A stretch of 64,000 bases of DNA from positions 9,103,534-9,167,533 of the forward strand of contig NC_083409.1 of assembly GCF_020745735.1 (NCBI RefSeq), read 5' to 3'. This stretch comes from Hemiscyllium ocellatum (Eukaryota). Every line of letters begins with the position of its first letter. Within the stretch, counting starts at the first letter, position 1. This document shows positions 61,688 through 64,000 of the stretch, one piece after another. The notes under the pieces were generated by a model. That model saw nothing but the letters and a program-made list of their open reading frames with translations. It searched no databases and was not told where the DNA came from. The translations under genes and the position numbers were made by a program.

Positions 61688-63970
61688 ATGGCGAGCCCGA
61701 AGGTCGCAGGGCCCAGCCGGACCTACGCCGGGGTAGCCGCTGCCTTGGGCTCGGCTGGCCCAACCCCGGCCGCAACCGCATCCCCCTTCAGGCACCTGAC
61801 CAAACGCCTGGGGGTCAAGGCCTATCCCCATCCCAACATGACCATCGAGGCCTGCAGTAAGGCCATGGCTAGTGTGATCGGCCCACTGGCCATCGTCGCT
61901 GCGGCCCGCATGTACGGGAAGGCTGTATTCTTTCTTAAGACCGAGCAGGCGGTCCACCTGGCCGTGGAGAGGGGGCTCACTGTGGGCGGGACATATTTGC
62001 CAGTCGACCCTTTGGAGGTCACGGCCCAGAGAGTCGTGATCTCCAACGTCCCGCCCTTCATTGCCAGCGAGCTCCTTCTTCCCCACCTCAACACCTTGGG
62101 GGAGATCCGGTCAGGTGTTCAACCGCTCCTGCTCGGTCTTAAGGACCCCGCCCTCCGTCACGTATACTCCTTCCGACGCCAGGTATTCATTTGCCTGGCC
62201 CGGGAGGAGGTCACAGAGGGCTCTTTCACTGTCCTCCACGAGGGCGCGGCATACCGCGCCTTCTGGACGGCGGACGGCGTGCGGTGCCACCTGTGCCGCG
62301 AGGTGGGGCATATTAGAAAAAACTGCCCCACCCAGAAGGCTGCCCAGCCCACACCAACGGCTGCGGGTGGTGCCGCCGCACCCATTCCCCCTCCCCCAAA
62401 GCCAACACCACAAGCCCCGGCTCCGGGGGCTAAGCCGGAGGCTCCTAATACCTCAGCCTCTGGCAGGGAGGGGGGTGAGCGTCCGACCGGACAGAAGGTG
62501 CCCAGAAAGACGCTACGCGTCAAGCCCGCCCACGGGGAGACCACCCTATCCCCATCCCCTTCCCCTTCCCCTCCACATAACCCACGACCTGCCCCGCCCC
62601 GGCACGACAATGCCCCTGCGGCCGTGCCAGCGTCACCCCGGCGCGGGAACCCTGACCCCCGAACCCCCAAACACGTACCTGATCCCGGCCCCACTGACCC
62701 CGACCCCAACCCCAACCCCAACCCCAACCCCCACCTCGCTACGGAAACTCCTGGGGCTTCAACCCCTCGTCCGGAAACTGAGCCCCGCCCCACCCAGCCA
62801 CCCCCTGGCACTAACCTGGGGGGAACCATCGCTGCTCCACTTCCTGCAGCGACTGTGTCTCTGGGCCCCGGAGAGGGAACTGGGCCCCTGCCCCGCCCGC
62901 CATCACCTGATATACCAGGGGCGGGGCAGGAAGTGACACGGCTGACCCTCCCCACCCTGGCCACGACCCCTGCATTCCCCCAGCCAATCATATTCCGGGA
63001 AAGGCGGGGGGGAGGGACCTCGGGCCCCATGATCACCAAGGCGGGCGGGGAGGGGAAGACCCATAAATCCCCCCCTGTCTCTCTGGGGAAGAGGCGCCGG
63101 CCCTTGGAGGGGGGAGAAATCCCATCAGCGCGCCGGCGGCGCTGCCCCTCTCCAGGGGATGAGCCGACGGTGCCCCCCCACTGTCCTGCACCATGGCCCG
63201 ACCTGCCCAAACCCCCAGGGGCGACAGCTGGGCCTTCCACCGCCATAACTCCTCCAGCCCCTGGGGAGGATTTTATTAACAACACGGGCCATGGTGCAGT
63301 CGACAGACTTTTATTCACTGCTGGGTCGTCGAGCGGTGGAGGGGAGGAAGGTGTTATCCTCGCTCCTCCCTCCCAGACTGTTTTTCCGGGGGCCTTGGCC
63401 CTGGGGGAGGACCTTTTCCCCGAGGGGCCGGGCGTCCCGGTGTCGGGAGAGGAGCGGGGCCCCGAGCCTCTGCCGCCCGGCGACCCGAACTCGGGGCGTT
63501 CCGGGAAGGGGTGCGCCGAGGAAGATACGGAAGGTGACCCTGGGGGTGGGGTCACTGGAGGTTTGAGGCCAGTTGGCGGTGCCGGACCAGCCCCCATCCT
63601 CTCGGTGGGGGAGGGGTCGGTGACCGAAGGCGACCTCCCGGAGGAGGGTTCTGGATCGGTGGCGGACACCGGGGACGACGCGGAGTCCGTCTCCAGCGAC
63701 ATTTTCGAGTCCCAGGTGCCCCCCACCGATCTCCCCCTCATCCCCCTCGAGGAACTCCGGGAATTTGTCGAGGAAACTCGGAGTCGCCGGGATAGAGCCC
63801 AACTGGCGCTCGACCGCTGGAGCTCCTTCGAAAGAATCTACTGGTCGGCCCACGCTGCGCGCCAGGCGCCCGGGCTTGACGTCAATGAGCGAAAGCGAGT
63901 CAGGAACTTCCTGGGAGCACTCCTGGTGAGGGCGAGGGACTTCTGTGCCCCTCTCTCGTCCTCCCAGTAA
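61688..63970 (+). CDS. Tx1-clade non-LTR retrotransposon ORF1 (760 aa, CCHC zinc knuckle)
   Basis: Uninterrupted ORF from ATG 61688 (MASPKVAGPSRTYA). It has the N-terminal block typical of Tx1 ORF1 (RMYGKAVFFLK, VVISNVPPFI, RHVYSFRRQVF), C-X2-C-X4-H-X4-C at 62285-62326 (CHLCREVGHIRKNC) and a long Pro-rich tail, ending at TAA 63968-63970. Confidence 0.9.
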   Translation: MASPKVAGPSRTYAGVAAALGSAGPTPAATASPFRHLTKRLGVKAYPHPNMTIEACSKAMASVIGPLAIVAAARMYGKAVFFLKTEQAVHLAVERGLTVGGTYLPVDPLEVTAQRVVISNVPPFIASELLLPHLNTLGEIRSGVQPLLLGLKDPALRHVYSFRRQVFICLAREEVTEGSFTVLHEGAAYRAFWTADGVRCHLCREVGHIRKNCPTQKAAQPTPTAAGGAAAPIPPPPKPTPQAPAPGAKPEAPNTSASGREGGERPTGQKVPRKTLRVKPAHGETTLSPSPSPSPPHNPRPAPPRHDNAPAAVPASPRRGNPDPRTPKHVPDPGPTDPDPNPNPNPNPHLATETPGASTPRPETEPRPTQPPPGTNLGGTIAAPLPAATVSLGPGEGTGPLPRPPSPDIPGAGQEVTRLTLPTLATTPAFPQPIIFRERRGGGTSGPMITKAGGEGKTHKSPPVSLGKRRRPLEGGEIPSARRRRCPSPGDEPTVPPHCPAPWPDLPKPPGATAGPSTAITPPAPGEDFINNTGHGAVDRLLFTAGSSSGGGEEGVILAPPSQTVFPGALALGEDLFPEGPGVPVSGEERGPEPLPPGDPNSGRSGKGCAEEDTEGDPGGGVTGGLRPVGGAGPAPILSVGEGSVTEGDLPEEGSGSVADTGDDAESVSSDIFESQVPPTDLPLIPLEELREFVEETRSRRDRAQLALDRWSSFERIYWSAHAARQAPGLDVNERKRVRNFLGALLVRARDFCAPLSSSQ

Positions 63971-64000
63971 ATATGTACATAGCTTTTTTTAACTGTGTGT

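Larger units (their letters stand above)
60840..64000 (+). mobile_element. Tx1-like (L1 group) retrotransposon, 5' part; ORF2 expected beyond the window end
   Basis: Sharp shift to GC/CpG-rich sequence, a repeat-built 5' UTR, an intact ORF1, then a short AT-rich spacer. The 5' boundary is approximate. Confidence 0.8.

Noticed and set aside
60000-61700. Repeat arrays resembling CRISPR-like spacing
   Set aside because: Eukaryotic DNA; units are degenerate tandem copies with no unique spacers and no cas genes.
62158-63741. 527-aa antisense ORF (and other overlapping ORFs) within Tx1 ORF1
   Set aside because: Shadow frames of a very GC-rich coding sequence; Gly/Pro-rich mirror composition and no domain motifs.

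Overview
Vertebrate genomic DNA, almost certainly a shark (elasmobranch HE1-type SINEs, HER1/CR1-type LINEs, shark-type Ig light chain); an orectolobiform such as a bamboo shark is an inference only. Most of the window is decayed retroelement sequence. The core feature is one unrearranged immunoglobulin kappa (NS4/type III) light-chain cluster on the + strand: leader 34687-34735, V 34921-35222 with a 12-RSS, J 35803-35837 with a 23-RSS, C 44634-44962, polyA signal 45481. Also present: an intact-looking Tx1-clade retrotransposon (760-aa ORF1, ORF2 outside the window), a decayed Gmr1-like Gypsy element, and many short repeats carrying minimal hammerhead-ribozyme motifs. Best leads: (1) an old inverted segmental duplication (about 5.1-15.5 kb vs 30.0-24.3 kb) whose best-conserved block is a 260-bp non-coding module with EICE (PU.1/IRF), E-box, kB-like and RUNX motifs, one copy 4.7 kb upstream of the kappa V; (2) a germline V that ends in an in-frame TGA touching the RSS heptamer; (3) the last two exons of a gene I cannot identify; (4) palindromic-stem-III hammerhead ribozymes. 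Identity values are hand estimates and no database searches were run.
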